This document shows, one piece after another, positions 63,449-64,000 of a stretch of DNA of 64,000 nucleotides; position 1 is the stretch's first letter; the number at the start of each line of letters is the position of its first letter. Made by a program: the position numbers and the translations under genes. Source of the DNA: an uncultured bacterium (lineage in GTDB: Bacteria > Patescibacteriota > Saccharimonadia > Saccharimonadales > 2-12-FULL-41-12); NCBI GenBank assembly GCA_963834265.1, contig CAWIAU010000001.1, forward strand, positions 391,572-455,571, in the 5' to 3' direction. The notes under the pieces are model-generated. The model had not been told where the DNA came from. It searched no databases and worked only from the letters and a program-made list of their open reading frames with translations.

Positions 63449-64000
63449 ATGTACGACGAGCTGAAAGCACTTATCAACGAAGACATTGCAGCTATGAAAG
63501 AGGGCGGGAGCTTCAAGGAAGAGCGGATCCTCAGCTCTAAACAGGGTCGGGAGATCACTGTTGGCGACAAGAAATTATTGAACTTTTGCGCGAACAATTA
63601 TCTCGGTCTGTCCGGAACTGGAACACTGGAAAAAGCATCAGATGAGGCGCTGCGGCGGTGGGGGTATGGCCTGGCTTCGGTACGATTTATCTGCGGTACG
63701 CAGGAAGTGCATAAGGAGCTGGAAGCCAAAGTTGCAGAGTTTATCGGGACTGAGGATGCGGTGTTGTATTCTTCGTGCTTTATGGCTAATGTCGGGCTGT
63801 TCCAGACGTTTTTTACCGATCAGGACGCCATAATCTCAGATGCGCTCAATCATGCGTCACTCATAGATGCCATACGACTGACCAAGTCGGAGCGGCACAT
63901 TTATCAGCATCTGGATATGGCTGATCTGGAAGAGAAGTTGAAAGCTACTGCCGACAAACGGTTCCGGGTAATTGCTACAGACGGCGTTTTCTCTATGGAT
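63449..64000 (+). CDS. kbl: 2-amino-3-ketobutyrate CoA ligase (glycine C-acetyltransferase), N-terminal part; runs off the window
   Basis: AAGGAG RBS at 63438-63443. MYDELKALINEDIAAMKEGGSFKEERILSSKQGREITV...LLNFCANNYLGLS...FICGTQEVHKELE...SDALNHASLIDAIRL. No stop before the window end. Confidence 0.8.
   Translation, partial: MYDELKALINEDIAAMKEGGSFKEERILSSKQGREITVGDKKLLNFCANNYLGLSGTGTLEKASDEALRRWGYGLASVRFICGTQEVHKELEAKVAEFIGTEDAVLYSSCFMANVGLFQTFFTDQDAIISDALNHASLIDAIRLTKSERHIYQHLDMADLEEKLKATADKRFRVIATDGVFSMD

Noticed and set aside
1-64000. Alternative genetic code (UGA or UAG reassignment), considered because of the CPR-like gene content and the in-frame TAGs at 25609 and 51104.
   Set aside because: TGA, TAG and TAA each terminate clearly homologous full-length genes at the expected positions: TGA for the M16 peptidase, TAG for lysK, ftsE and ftsX, TAA for serS and secA. 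The standard code fits.
1-64000. Scan for rRNA, tRNA, tmRNA, CRISPR arrays, transposase, integrase or reverse-transcriptase genes that could explain the repeats.
   Set aside because: None was found by eye. There are no GTTCGAATC-type T-arm contexts outside coding regions, no short regularly spaced direct repeats, and no DDE, tyrosine-recombinase or RT motifs in any ORF. Absence by eye is not proof; tRNAscan-SE, Infernal and minced should be run.

Overview
A gene-dense (~90% coding), mostly plus-strand bacterial chromosome segment using the standard genetic code; TAA, TAG and TGA all terminate clear genes. Gene content suggests a small-genome, Gram-positive-like lineage, possibly Patescibacteria/Saccharibacteria-like (inference only): class I LysRS, a heliorhodopsin, many membrane-anchored orphan proteins, and an hpf-secA-prfB-ftsEX-CHAP hydrolase-ctp backbone. 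Recognisable genes: proS (partial), greA, lysK, serS, hpf, secA, an M16 peptidase, prfB, ftsE, ftsX, two CHAP hydrolases, an S41 protease, an LCP ligase, yjbQ-like, pyrG, rpmA, xseA/xseB, metA, thrC, recO, glyQS, a PIF1-like helicase, an NYN protein, a GH1 glycosidase, pta, tdh and kbl (partial). No rRNA, tRNA, CRISPR array, transposase or integrase was found. The main candidate for something new is a six-copy family of ~235-305 nt intergenic elements. Their stems are conserved through compensatory and G.U-consistent substitutions, and their modules are shuffled between copies. Four of the plus-strand copies start 1-25 nt after the stop codon of an unrelated orphan ORF (the fifth shows its first conserved motif 24 nt after the stop). 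One inverted pair brackets an orphan gene inserted between ftsX and its partner hydrolase. Other observations: three ~165 nt units bounded by 18-25 bp inverted repeats; greA and lysK each split by a +1 shift at a shared A|GGCG context; a heliorhodopsin with a histone-H1-like basic tail; a papain-like/PLP-enzyme fusion next to metA and thrC; a tdh-kbl/pta threonine-catabolism cluster; a protein with four HTH modules; a degenerate two-component pair; and perfect TTGACA-17-TATnAT promoters in front of orphan genes.
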